From NCBI GenBank assembly GCA_963677925.2, contig CAXXYH010000003.1, positions 224,001 to 288,000 on the forward strand: a stretch of DNA of 64,000 nucleotides, read 5' to 3'. Shown one piece after another: positions 21,348 through 30,893 of this stretch. Position 1 is the first letter of the stretch. Each line of letters begins with the position of its first letter. This stretch comes from Spirochaetia bacterium. GTDB lineage: Bacteria > Spirochaetota > Spirochaetia > UBA9216. Below the pieces are notes generated by a model. The model was not told where the DNA came from. It did not search any database and worked only from the letters and a program-made list of their open reading frames with translations. Both the position numbers and the translations under genes were made by a program.

Positions 21348-21385
21348 AAAAAAAAAGGACTAAAACTCCTGTTTCAGTCCTTTTT
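21348..21385 (-). terminator. Intrinsic terminator after nifA
   Basis: Minus strand GGACTGAAAC-AGGA-GTTTTAGTCC followed by a long T run. Confidence 0.8.
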
Positions 21386-21404
21386 CTACATAGATGTAAT
21401 TTTT

Positions 21405-23009
21405 CTATTTCCGGTACTTTCGATAGTTTTTATAATCAAGCCCGTATTTCTGCATTCGTACACCAATCATCCTGTTGGTTAATCCAAGCTCTTTTGCCGC
21501 CTCCGAAAGATTTCCATTAGCTGCTTTCAAAGCTTCAACCAGAAGTTCATACTCCAATGCATCAAGCTGCTGCTGCATTGAACCCCGATCAGTTTTACTA
21601 CCCGAGGTTTTAGGAACTCTCATCTGGAGAGTCGGCGGAAGATGATAACCATGAATAACATTATCTTCGCTCAAAATAACAGCATGTTCCATACAGTTCT
21701 CAAGTTCACGGATATTTCCCGGCCAATGGTAGGAGAAAAGCATATCAATTGCGGGCGTTGAAATTCGACGGACATTTTTATTATTAAGCGCATTATATTT
21801 TTCTATAAAATGATTCACCAAAAGTGGAATATCTGATTTTCTTTCCCTTAGAGGCGGTACTGTAATCGGAATAATGTTAAGCCGGTAATACAGGTCTTCA
21901 CGGAAGTTGCCATTTTTAATTTCATCTTCTAGATTACGGTTTGTTGCAGTTATTACCCTTACATCGCATTTAATGGTCTGGGTACCGCCCACACGTTCAA
22001 ATTCCCGTTCCTGCAGAACCCTTAGTAATTTGGTCTGAACATTAAGACTGAGTTCACCCACCTCATCAAGAAAGATAGTGCCTTCCTGGGCTAGTTCAAA
22101 ACGGCCTTTTCTTTCTCTTACCGCTCCTGTAAAGGCTCCCTTCTCATGACCGAATAATTCACTTTCAATTATGGATTCAGGAAGAGCGGCGCAGTTAAGC
22201 TTTACAAAGGGTTTATTCTTTCGGTTACTTGCATAGTGAATGGATTTTGCAACTAGCTCCTTTCCAACTCCGCTTTCACCAAGGATTAGAACAGTTGCAA
22301 CTGTATCGGCTATTTTATTAACATAGTCGAATACTCTTCGAATAACCTTTGACGTACCAATAAACAGGTTCTGGTTAAATTTATCCTGAAGTTCTCTATG
22401 CAGCCTTTCATTTTCAAGCTGAAGCTGTTCATTCTCTTCATGATGAGCCTGGTACAGCTGAACAGCCTGAGAAATCATTGCAGCTACAATCTGTATCAGA
22501 TACAGCTCATCTTCCAGGCTTTCTGTATTTTCATTTATTTTTTCTGCATTTAGTGTACCGATAACTTCCTTTCCTGCTTTTACAGGAACAGAAATAAATG
22601 CAGTCTTCTTTTTTTCCTGTCCCTCCGGAAATGATTTTGTTCTATTAAGAAACTTCGGTTCACGTGAGATATCAGGAATTACGGAAGGTAAACCGGTTTC
22701 TATTACATTTCCGGTAATCCCCTCTCCGGGCTTATACACACCAAGGGCACGCTGTTCCGCAGAAATACCGAAACCTTCTTCAATAGAAATATTTCCTGTT
22801 TTTCTATTGAAGATTGTTATAGTACTGCTCTTTAAATTTAGAAATGATGACAGCCGTTTAAGCATTGTGTTAAGAACAACTGACAGATCATCCTCACTTA
22901 ACAGTAAACGGCTGATTTCAAAGAGAAGATTAAGCTGGTACTTATTGCAGGATTCGCAATCAGAACAGCCGTTATATTGCGGCAGATTTTCTGCTGTGTT
23001 CAAACTCAT
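21405..23009 (-). CDS. nifA: NifA-like sigma54 activator (GAF-AAA+-HTH)
   Basis: GEGITG GAF domain, GESGVGKE, ESELFGHEKGAFTGA, FLDEVGE, WPGNIRELEN, Fis HTH; start ATG 23009 (or TTG 23024) overlaps the nifV end. Confidence 0.88.
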   Translation of the reverse strand: MSLNTAENLPQYNGCSDCESCNKYQLNLLFEISRLLLSEDDLSVVLNTMLKRLSSFLNLKSSTITIFNRKTGNISIEEGFGISAEQRALGVYKPGEGITGNVIETGLPSVIPDISREPKFLNRTKSFPEGQEKKKTAFISVPVKAGKEVIGTLNAEKINENTESLEDELYLIQIVAAMISQAVQLYQAHHEENEQLQLENERLHRELQDKFNQNLFIGTSKVIRRVFDYVNKIADTVATVLILGESGVGKELVAKSIHYASNRKNKPFVKLNCAALPESIIESELFGHEKGAFTGAVRERKGRFELAQEGTIFLDEVGELSLNVQTKLLRVLQEREFERVGGTQTIKCDVRVITATNRNLEDEIKNGNFREDLYYRLNIIPITVPPLRERKSDIPLLVNHFIEKYNALNNKNVRRISTPAIDMLFSYHWPGNIRELENCMEHAVILSEDNVIHGYHLPPTLQMRVPKTSGSKTDRGSMQQQLDALEYELLVEALKAANGNLSEAAKELGLTNRMIGVRMQKYGLDYKNYRKYRK

Positions 23010-24114
23010 AGTATATTCTCTCAATTTCCTCTTGGTTTAGATCTCTTTTTCTGGCAGCAGATTCTTTCTTGACCAGATCCAGAATGATTTCAGATTTATA
23101 ATCGCTGATAAATATTAATTTCTGAGCAAGTATATGTTTTACAGCCTTTCTGCCGCTATGTGAGCCGGCTGAAAGTTTAATGCTTCCAAGCCCCTTTTCT
23201 TCTGGGTTAAACGGCATGAAAGCAGATGGATTTTCCAATGTACCTGCTACATGAATTCCTGATTTATGAGAAAAAATATTTTTACCGGTAACAGGTTTAT
23301 CAAGGGGTATATCCCTGCCTGTAATTTCAGAAATCAGCTTACATAGATGATTAAGCTTTCCGAGCTCAAAATTTCTTTTATTATTCACATCCAGAAAAGC
23401 TGCAACCTCTTCAAGTCTTGCGTTTCCGGCACGTTCACCGATTCCGGATACAGTTACGCTGACGGCCTTGAACCCCTGATTAATAGCAGTAACAGCATTC
23501 GCTGTCGCCATACCAAAATCATTATGTGCATGCAGTTCCAGTTTAGGCTTATACTCATATAGAAGGCTTCCCAGTTTGAAAATATCATCCGGAGTCATTA
23601 TTCCTGCTGTATCAGCGAGCCTAATCATGGAATAACCGCATCTGTCGGCAGTCCTGATTACCGTTTCAAGCAGCAGACGGTCGGCTCTTGAAATGTCCAT
23701 AAAACCTATATTTACTTTTTCAAATTTTGTTTCCGCATAATCATATAAACTGCAGATATTATCTAAAAGCCAGTTTCTGCTTTTATGGAAAACATTCAGA
23801 TGTATATCAGATAAAGGAAAACTTATGTGAATTGTACCCAGACCGGTTGTTTCTGCAAGATCAATATCTTTTTCGGCGGCTCGGCACCAGCAGGAGGCAT
23901 TGAGGCCTCTGGTCGAACACCATTTTAAAAAATGTACGGAATCTGTACCCATAGCCGGAATACCAGCTTCTATAAGATCTACCCCTGATTCCGAGAGAAG
24001 CATGGCGATTCTTTTCTTTTCCGCTGTAGTAAAAAAAATTCCCGGAGCCTGTTCTCCGTCCCTTAGAGTTGAATCAATAATCTGCATTCTAAAACTATGA
24101 GTATTGCAATCCAT
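22972..24114 (-). CDS. nifV: Homocitrate synthase
   Basis: DSTLRDGEQAPG, LADT, HAHNDFGMATAN, GIGERAGNA, HKSGIH; start 24114 or 24087. Confidence 0.88.
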   Translation of the reverse strand: MDCNTHSFRMQIIDSTLRDGEQAPGIFFTTAEKKRIAMLLSESGVDLIEAGIPAMGTDSVHFLKWCSTRGLNASCWCRAAEKDIDLAETTGLGTIHISFPLSDIHLNVFHKSRNWLLDNICSLYDYAETKFEKVNIGFMDISRADRLLLETVIRTADRCGYSMIRLADTAGIMTPDDIFKLGSLLYEYKPKLELHAHNDFGMATANAVTAINQGFKAVSVTVSGIGERAGNARLEEVAAFLDVNNKRNFELGKLNHLCKLISEITGRDIPLDKPVTGKNIFSHKSGIHVAGTLENPSAFMPFNPEEKGLGSIKLSAGSHSGRKAVKHILAQKLIFISDYKSEIILDLVKKESAARKRDLNQEEIERIYYEFEHSRKSAAI

Positions 24115-24124
24115 ATAATTTAAT

Positions 24125-24141
24125 TAGCAAGAATTGAGCCA
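24125..24141 (-). promoter_or_regulatory. Sigma54 promoter of nifV-nifA
   Basis: Minus strand TGGCTCAATTCTTGCTA, GG-N10-GC. Confidence 0.75.
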
Positions 24142-24235
24142 TATTATCCGAGGTTATTATTTTTGATAGTAATTAGGGTTAAAACGGCATTTTTTAGTAT
24201 AAAAATGATAAAATTTCGTTTTTTAAATCATAAAA

Positions 24236-24285
24236 AACCTACACTTTTGTAGGTTGAAGATATCCAAACTACTGTTTTGTAGGTC
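24236..24285. promoter_or_regulatory. Tandem palindromic sites, candidate enhancer
   Basis: AACCTACA-CTTT-TGTAGGTT (24236-24255) and AAACTACT-GTTT-TGTAGGTC (24266-24285), 30 bp apart, midway between two divergent sigma54 promoters. Confidence 0.65.
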
Positions 24286-24378
24286 ATTTTAAACATCAAA
24301 TTTATTATTCAAAGTTAATATAAGAAGAAAAACAATATTTTACGGCGATATAATCCAATATCACACTTAAATAGAGAC

Positions 24379-24395
24379 TTGGCATGTTTTATGCA
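24379..24395 (+). promoter_or_regulatory. Sigma54 promoter of modABC
   Basis: TTGGCATGTTTTATGCA, GG-N10-GC. Confidence 0.8.
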
Positions 24396-24428
24396 AAAGG
24401 ATAGTTGAGAAATTTAAGGAGCGGAAAG

Positions 24429-25199
24429 TTGTCTAACAGGTTTTGTATAGTACTTACATTTACTCTTATCAGCATCAGTGTTTTTGCCTCCGGGACTATG
24501 GAGAAAAATGAGAATGAACTTATCATTTTTAATGCAGCCAGTACAACTGATTTGATTATTGATGCCGGTAAAATCTTTTATGATAAGACTGGAATCTCTG
24601 TAAAAACCAATCCTGCTTCAAGCGGCACTCTTGCCAGGCAGATTACTGAAGGAGCCGATGCCAATATATATATATCAGCCTCCGAGAAATGGACGGCTTA
24701 TGTCAATGAAAACGGGTATTCAGTTAAATCAGCATCTTTGCTTGTAAATGACCTTGTACTTATTGCACCGGCAGAAAGTACTGCCGAATCCTTCATTCTT
24801 AGTTTTGATGCAGATTTACCCGGCCGATTTCAGGGCCGTATTTCCACTGGTGATCCGGCGCATGTTCCGGCAGGAATGTACGCTGAGCAGGCTCTTGATT
24901 ACTTTAACTGGAAATCAGTTCTAGCAGAAAGAATACAGCCTGCTTCCGATGTTCGTGCAGCACTGATGGTTGTTGAACTCGGGGAATGTGAGCTTGGAAT
25001 TGTTTACCGCACAGATGCGGAAAAATCAAATAAGGTGAAAATCATCTCGGTATTTCCGGATGAATCACATATACCAATCGTATATTTCATATCAGCTTTG
25101 ACTGATGATGAAATTACACAGAAATTCTACAGCTTCATGCTGCAGGATGAAGATGTAAAAAACATATACAACAAATATGGATTTACCTTCAATGGTTAG
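24429..25199 (+). CDS. modA: Molybdate ABC transporter substrate-binding protein
   Basis: AAST, ASSGTLARQI..GADA, GDPAHVPAGMYA, GIVYRTD; start moved to in-frame TTG 24429 behind AAGGAG. Confidence 0.93.
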   Translation: MSNRFCIVLTFTLISISVFASGTMEKNENELIIFNAASTTDLIIDAGKIFYDKTGISVKTNPASSGTLARQITEGADANIYISASEKWTAYVNENGYSVKSASLLVNDLVLIAPAESTAESFILSFDADLPGRFQGRISTGDPAHVPAGMYAEQALDYFNWKSVLAERIQPASDVRAALMVVELGECELGIVYRTDAEKSNKVKIISVFPDESHIPIVYFISALTDDEITQKFYSFMLQDEDVKNIYNKYGFTFNG

Positions 25200-25205
25200 A
25201 AGGCA

Positions 25206-25898
25206 ATGACTTCCACTGAGATCCTTTCCTGTGTTTTCCTTTCTTTGAAGATTGGGCTGCTGGCAACAGCAGCCAATCTCCCGCCTTCCCTTATTGTTGT
25301 TTATCTTCTGCACAGATACCGTATAAAAGGAAGTTCGCTTATTGAAGGAATTTTCAATTTACCGCTTGTAATGCCGCCGGTTACTACCGGATTCCTTTTG
25401 CTCATAATACTTGGAAAAAACGGACTAATCGGCAGTTATATATACAGCTTCTTTGGTATACGGATTGCTTTCACAACACTTGCCGCGGTTCTGTCTGCAA
25501 TGATTGTATCATTTCCGCTGCTGCTTCGAAGTTTGAAGGTGTCTATTGAAATGATTAATCCGATGTACGAAAAAGCCGCATTTACTCTTGGAGCCGGAAA
25601 GATTTCAGTATTCTTCAGAGTTACTCTTCCCCTTATGAAACCCGGCATCATCAGCGGGGTCGTACTTGCATTTGCCCGCAGTCTTGGTGAATTCGGAGCA
25701 ACCATAACATTCGCGGGAAATATTGAAGGAGTGACAAGGACCATTCCTCTTGCCGTTTATTCCATGCTTCAAATACCCGGAAAGGAAAAGGAAGCCGCTG
25801 TATTAGTTGCAATATCAGCATGTATCTCATTGCTTGCAGTGATTTTATCTTCATATTTAGTAAAAAATAATCTGAAAGAAGGAGAAGGACTGCAATGA
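25206..25898 (+). CDS. modB: Molybdate ABC transporter permease
   Basis: LPLVMPPV, EKAAFTLGA, FARSLGEFGAT. Confidence 0.95.
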   Translation: MTSTEILSCVFLSLKIGLLATAANLPPSLIVVYLLHRYRIKGSSLIEGIFNLPLVMPPVTTGFLLLIILGKNGLIGSYIYSFFGIRIAFTTLAAVLSAMIVSFPLLLRSLKVSIEMINPMYEKAAFTLGAGKISVFFRVTLPLMKPGIISGVVLAFARSLGEFGATITFAGNIEGVTRTIPLAVYSMLQIPGKEKEAAVLVAISACISLLAVILSSYLVKNNLKEGEGLQ

Positions 25899-26947
25899 GT
25901 ATCTGTTTTAATCTCAAATTAAACAGGAAAAACTTTTCAGTTGATTTAAAAGCCCAGATTAATAATAAAACTACCGGTATTTTCGGCCCGTCAGGTGCTG
26001 GAAAAACAACACTGTTTAATCTTATATCCGGGTTAATAAAACCAGATGAAGGATTTATAACTATAAACGGAAAACCGGTGACTGATATTGAAAGACGCAT
26101 TTTTGTACCTCCTTATAAAAGAAAAATTGGCGTAGTTTTTCAGGAGAAACTTCTATTTCCCCATCTCACAATAAGAGAAAATATTCTGTTCAGTAAAAAA
26201 TACAAGCGTGAAGGAAATCTAAATATAAATGAACTGATAGAATTGTTTGAACTTGGGAAAATTTCAGACTCTTATCCTTCCATGGTTTCCGGTGGAGAAC
26301 AGCAGAGGACGGCAATCGCAAGAGCGCTTTATACGACGCCGGAAATACTGCTGCTTGATGAACCATTTAATGCAGTTGACTCCAACCTCAGAACAAGTAT
26401 ACTTCCCTATCTTAAACGTATCCGCGATATTCTTAAGATACAAATGCTGCTTATAAGCCATGATCTGCCTGATATTCAGCGTATGACAGATGAAATCTAT
26501 CTTATTGAAGACGGAAGATGCAAAGGTTTCGGCAATATTCTTGATGTACTGTCCCAGGATAAAGGTATTGCGTCCAAAGAAGATTTAATTAATACTATCA
26601 ATATAGACTCTTCAGAAAAAATATGTGAAGGCTTGTACAGCTGCAGAATAAAAGAAATTTTTAATTATGATATTAAATCAGCAGTTTCGCCGGGAGGGAA
26701 ATTCACACTGACTATACAGCCGGATGAAATTGCATTATCTAAAAAATATAATTATGATATCTCAATACAGAATCAGATACCGGGAAAGATAATAAATATT
26801 TACAGCACCGATAATGCTGATATCTGCGTGATTGATGCAGGTATCCAGCTGATAACCAAGCTGACAAGGGAATCATTCAAGCGGCTGAATCTTCAGACTG
26901 ATGATTATGTTTACTGTCTGTTCAAGGCTCACAGCCTTCATCTTTAA
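25895..26947 (+). CDS. modC: Molybdate ABC transporter ATPase with TOBE domain
   Basis: GPSGAGKT, SGGEQQR, LLDEP, SIQNQIPG. Confidence 0.93.
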   Translation: MSICFNLKLNRKNFSVDLKAQINNKTTGIFGPSGAGKTTLFNLISGLIKPDEGFITINGKPVTDIERRIFVPPYKRKIGVVFQEKLLFPHLTIRENILFSKKYKREGNLNINELIELFELGKISDSYPSMVSGGEQQRTAIARALYTTPEILLLDEPFNAVDSNLRTSILPYLKRIRDILKIQMLLISHDLPDIQRMTDEIYLIEDGRCKGFGNILDVLSQDKGIASKEDLINTINIDSSEKICEGLYSCRIKEIFNYDIKSAVSPGGKFTLTIQPDEIALSKKYNYDISIQNQIPGKIINIYSTDNADICVIDAGIQLITKLTRESFKRLNLQTDDYVYCLFKAHSLHL

Positions 26948-26949
26948 AA

Positions 26950-28182
26950 CTAACCTGACATCGCTATTCTGTTCTTTCCAGCTTTTTTAGCCTTATATAA
27001 GGCTTCATCCGCCTTTTTTATCAGCTCTTCAATATTATCATTTCTTATGCTTACTGCAAGTCCGCCGCTTATAGTTACAACTCCGTATTCATCAGACTTT
27101 TCATGCGGTATACCAAGATCATATACAGCCTTGGTAATTCTGCCGCTGACATTCAGGGCAGCCTTATTGTCGGTTGACAGAAGTATAAGAAGGAATTCCT
27201 CACCGCCGTATCTTGCAACAAGGTCCCCCTTGCTTCTGGTTACAGATTTCAGGGATTCAGATATCATACGAAGACATTCATCACCTGCCTGATGACCGTA
27301 GTAATCATTATAAGCTTTGAAATTATCCAAATCCATAAGGATAACAGCAATATTTTCTTCTATCCCGCTTCGTTTAAGTTTATCAATATATTCATCAATC
27401 TGACGTCTGTTGGGCAGGCCAGTCAGTGCATCAATTTGGGACAGCATAACCAGCTCACTGTTTATCTCATGCAGATTTATGGTTTGTATCCGCTCTCTCA
27501 GAATGAGCAGATAATTTTTCCGAAGATATTTTTCAGTCGTATAGCTGCTAATTAAAGTGAACAGACCTGTAGAAAAGAGAAAAATTAAATTATTAACCAT
27601 GATTGGAGTTTTTATAAGATAGAAAAAAGGGGTACATAACAGATAAATCAAAAATAAAGATATTGTTCCAAAAAAACTGTATCTGAACTTTATTCTAACA
27701 AAAAGATTGGAAAATATCAGTATTAAAGTCACTCCCGGATGATATGCCCCGGCATTCTCAGAATTACTGAGAATCAGTATAAAAATCAGACTCAAACCTA
27801 CAATAAAAGCCACAACAGATTCGATAAATTCCCTGACAAAAGGCCGCGGATTTCTTTTAACCAGAATCATTGTAAAAATTATCACAGGTGTAACAATACA
27901 GGTTCTCATAATAACTGCGGTTTTGAATATATCGGGAATCATAAAATAGTCGGTAACTATAAAAAGGTTATAAACAAACAATGCCAGAAAACCAGACTTA
28001 AAGAAATGTGCATTTGTCCGGTTCCCGGTTTCTTTCTCATAAAAGTCTTCAAGTAAGGCCGGAAAGGTAAGAAAAAATGAGCGCCTTACCAATGCATCCT
28101 CTACCATTGGTGAAAGCCTTATAAGCTCAAGTTTATTATTACGCAAATCCGGTTCATCGGTATTAAGCTTAAAATTTTCCAT
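26950..28182 (-). CDS. Membrane-bound diguanylate cyclase
   Basis: Multiple TM segments; DALTGLPNRR, DLDNFK, YGGEEF. Confidence 0.92.
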   Translation of the reverse strand: MENFKLNTDEPDLRNNKLELIRLSPMVEDALVRRSFFLTFPALLEDFYEKETGNRTNAHFFKSGFLALFVYNLFIVTDYFMIPDIFKTAVIMRTCIVTPVIIFTMILVKRNPRPFVREFIESVVAFIVGLSLIFILILSNSENAGAYHPGVTLILIFSNLFVRIKFRYSFFGTISLFLIYLLCTPFFYLIKTPIMVNNLIFLFSTGLFTLISSYTTEKYLRKNYLLILRERIQTINLHEINSELVMLSQIDALTGLPNRRQIDEYIDKLKRSGIEENIAVILMDLDNFKAYNDYYGHQAGDECLRMISESLKSVTRSKGDLVARYGGEEFLLILLSTDNKAALNVSGRITKAVYDLGIPHEKSDEYGVVTISGGLAVSIRNDNIEELIKKADEALYKAKKAGKNRIAMSG

Positions 28183-28226
28183 ATGTTTTTAGTATAAACA
28201 CTGCGACATGAAAACTCTAAATAAAT

Positions 28227-28278
28227 TTGACAATTTTGTAATTTTATTATATTTTAAGTTCGCATATATACGTACTTA
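28227..28278 (+). promoter_or_regulatory. Sigma70 promoter plus palindromic operator of the ABC exporter operon
   Basis: TTGACA-17-TATTTT then TAAGTTCGCATATATACGTACTTA (20 of 24 positions self-complementary). Confidence 0.65.
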
Positions 28279-28287
28279 AGGATTTTT

Positions 28288-29082
28288 ATGATTATTTTTA
28301 ATGTCTTTAAAAAAAATCTCATCTCAGCACTTAGAGGCGAATATGCGGATTTTTTTATCAGCAGGCTGACATTTATTTTTTTTACCGTTGCCACTGCTTT
28401 CATATTGTTCCGACTTAACAACGGAATTGTTTCGTCTTCATTCATCAGATATTCCGGAATCAGTGACTACAGAGGTTTTATTATAATCGGCTCTGCATTA
28501 TACGGAACAACCCAGGGAATTTTATTGAATGTCAGCAGAACTCTTATGACTGAACGCCGGGAAGGTACTCTCGAGTGCATTCTGATTATTCCGTTTCAAC
28601 GTTGTAAGTATTACATGGGAAACCAGCTGCATCAGTTATCACTGTCTTTAATTGATTTCTTGATTGCAGCAGTTATTTCTGCTTTAGCCGGAATTGCTTA
28701 TAAAGTTAATCTATTCACTGTTGTACTTGGATTATTACAGATACTTTTTACTCTCCATGGGCTTGCCTTGGTTACAAGTATTTTAATGATCACATTTCGT
28801 GACACATTTATAATTCAGAATACCCTGCTTCCCCTGATGCTGCTATGCGGCGGATATCTATTCACAGTAGAATCGCTGCCGCACCCATTATTTCTTTTCA
28901 GCAGATTTATACCCGTTAATTACGGTGTTAACCTTGTCCGAACCGGCTTATTTAATGGGTACAGTATGAGCAGTTTCATTGAATATTTATTAAATCTTAT
29001 ACCAGCCATAATCCTTATTACAGCCGGCTACCTGCTGCTTCCGCTAGTTGAGCGCAAAGCCCTTGAAAATTATTTATCATAG
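28288..29082 (+). CDS. ABC-2 type exporter permease
   Basis: 6 TM segments; ERREGTLE, GYLFTVESLP. Confidence 0.88.
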   Translation: MIIFNVFKKNLISALRGEYADFFISRLTFIFFTVATAFILFRLNNGIVSSSFIRYSGISDYRGFIIIGSALYGTTQGILLNVSRTLMTERREGTLECILIIPFQRCKYYMGNQLHQLSLSLIDFLIAAVISALAGIAYKVNLFTVVLGLLQILFTLHGLALVTSILMITFRDTFIIQNTLLPLMLLCGGYLFTVESLPHPLFLFSRFIPVNYGVNLVRTGLFNGYSMSSFIEYLLNLIPAIILITAGYLLLPLVERKALENYLS

Positions 29083-29091
29083 GAGAACTGC

Positions 29092-30036
29092 ATGATAAAA
29101 ATTAATAATGTATCCAAAATATATAAAACAAGAAAAGTTTTAAAGAAATCTGAATACAGTACCGGAGTCCGTAATCTTGATTTGGAAATACCTGCCGGAG
29201 CATACGGTCTTCTTGGTATTAATGGAGCAGGTAAAACTACAACATTAAAAATGATTGCAACATTGCTTCGTCCCAGTTCCGGTTCTATCCAACTCGATGG
29301 ATTTGATACTGTACAGGATGAAAAGGTGCTGCGTTCTCAGATAAATATGATAACAGGCAGTGACCGCATGCTTTATTTCAGGCTGACAGGAAAAGAAAAT
29401 CTGTTCTATTTTTCATCACTGTACGGTATGTCCTACCGTGAGTCAAAAAAACGTGTTGATGAACTTCTTTCACTTACAGGTCTTGCAAGCAAAGCAGACA
29501 AACGGGTGGAAACCTACTCAAGAGGAATGAAACAGAGACTTACAATTGCCAGAGGGCTGATAAATAATCCGAGATATCTGCTGCTTGATGAACCTACACT
29601 TGGACTCGATGTGGCAATAGCAGTTGAAATACGGAACTTTATTAAGGAAATTCTGGTTTCAGATGAAAAAAGAACAATAATACTTACAAGCCATTACATG
29701 TCGGAAATTGAACAAATATGTAAAAATGTTGGAATTCTGCAGCAGGGAAGCCTTATCTTTGATGGAACATATAAAGAATTATTTAATTTGACAGGTTTGA
29801 AAGAGAAGCATCATTTCAGTTTTTCAGATCAGCGGCTTCTAAATAAAATAAATCAACTGATAGCATTAGATGAATCATCAGTAATTAAAGAAGGAAATAA
29901 ATTTATCATCACAGTGGACAAAACGGAAGGATATCATTTATTAAAGAATATTGAGTTTGACGGAACATCCGGGTTGGAATATACACAAAGACTGCCATCG
30001 CTTGAAGATGCAATAATAAAGCTGTCGGCCTGTTGA
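29092..30036 (+). CDS. ABC exporter ATP-binding protein (DrrA-like)
   Basis: GINGAGKTT, YSRGMKQR, LLDEPTLGLD, TSHYM, SLED. Confidence 0.93.
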   Translation: MIKINNVSKIYKTRKVLKKSEYSTGVRNLDLEIPAGAYGLLGINGAGKTTTLKMIATLLRPSSGSIQLDGFDTVQDEKVLRSQINMITGSDRMLYFRLTGKENLFYFSSLYGMSYRESKKRVDELLSLTGLASKADKRVETYSRGMKQRLTIARGLINNPRYLLLDEPTLGLDVAIAVEIRNFIKEILVSDEKRTIILTSHYMSEIEQICKNVGILQQGSLIFDGTYKELFNLTGLKEKHHFSFSDQRLLNKINQLIALDESSVIKEGNKFIITVDKTEGYHLLKNIEFDGTSGLEYTQRLPSLEDAIIKLSAC

Positions 30037-30048
30037 TCGGAGAGAAAT

Positions 30049-30861
30049 ATGACAATATTTAATTTTATATACTGGCAGAGCTTAAAAGGATTTAAATCAC
30101 AGCATTTCAATAAACTTTTTTTTCTGATGCAGCAGATATCATGGCCGCTTCTGAATTGCCTAACATACTATCTGTTTTACTCACCGCTTTTTGAGGGTAA
30201 TGAGTTGCCGGCTTCCTTTGACAGCGGATTCTTTAAGATAATGAGCTATATCATTCCCGGGATCCTTGTTCTTTCTATATTCAACGAATATATAAATACT
30301 GGTGCAGCAATGGGCGTACAGAGAGATTACGGTATACTTGAACCTATTTATATATCACCGGTAAACAGAACTCTCTGGCTCATTTCCAATGCAGCAGGCG
30401 TACTGCCCTCCTTTCTTGCTTCGTACGCAGGTTTTCTAATTTCTGCCCATATAGTATTCAGGGTGCAGCCTCCGAATATCCTTATATTTATAGCTCTGTC
30501 TATCCTTATATTTGTATTAAGCCTTCCCTGGGGGAGTCTTGTATGTGCCATCTTTTTAACAGGAAGAAACATGCGCCTGGTGTATGCACTTTTCGAAACT
30601 CCATCCGAGTTTTTGTCAGGGATTCGTTTTCCAGTTGCAGCTCTGCCTGGGGCCTTATCTTTTGCAGCACTTGCATACCCGCTTTCTCATTGTGTAAAAC
30701 TTTTAAGAACAGCTTATCTTCCGGTAATAGATTTAATAATCATCGGCAGAGAGCTGGCAACATTATCACTACTTGCCGTAATATACCTGTTGGCTTCATC
30801 TCTGATCCTTCGGTATGCAGAATACCGTGGAAAAGTTGAGGGAACCCTAACCTTTACATAA
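30049..30861 (+). CDS. ABC-2 type exporter permease
   Basis: 6 TM segments; RDYGILE, SGIRFPVAALP. Confidence 0.85.
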   Translation: MTIFNFIYWQSLKGFKSQHFNKLFFLMQQISWPLLNCLTYYLFYSPLFEGNELPASFDSGFFKIMSYIIPGILVLSIFNEYINTGAAMGVQRDYGILEPIYISPVNRTLWLISNAAGVLPSFLASYAGFLISAHIVFRVQPPNILIFIALSILIFVLSLPWGSLVCAIFLTGRNMRLVYALFETPSEFLSGIRFPVAALPGALSFAALAYPLSHCVKLLRTAYLPVIDLIIIGRELATLSLLAVIYLLASSLILRYAEYRGKVEGTLTFT

Positions 30862-30893
30862 AGGATCCTCTGATTTATAATCAGCGGTCGAAC

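Noticed and set aside
21134-21400. Canonical NifA UAS TGT-N10-ACA
   Set aside because: Only N7/N8 spacings and a TGT-N10-AGA near miss were found
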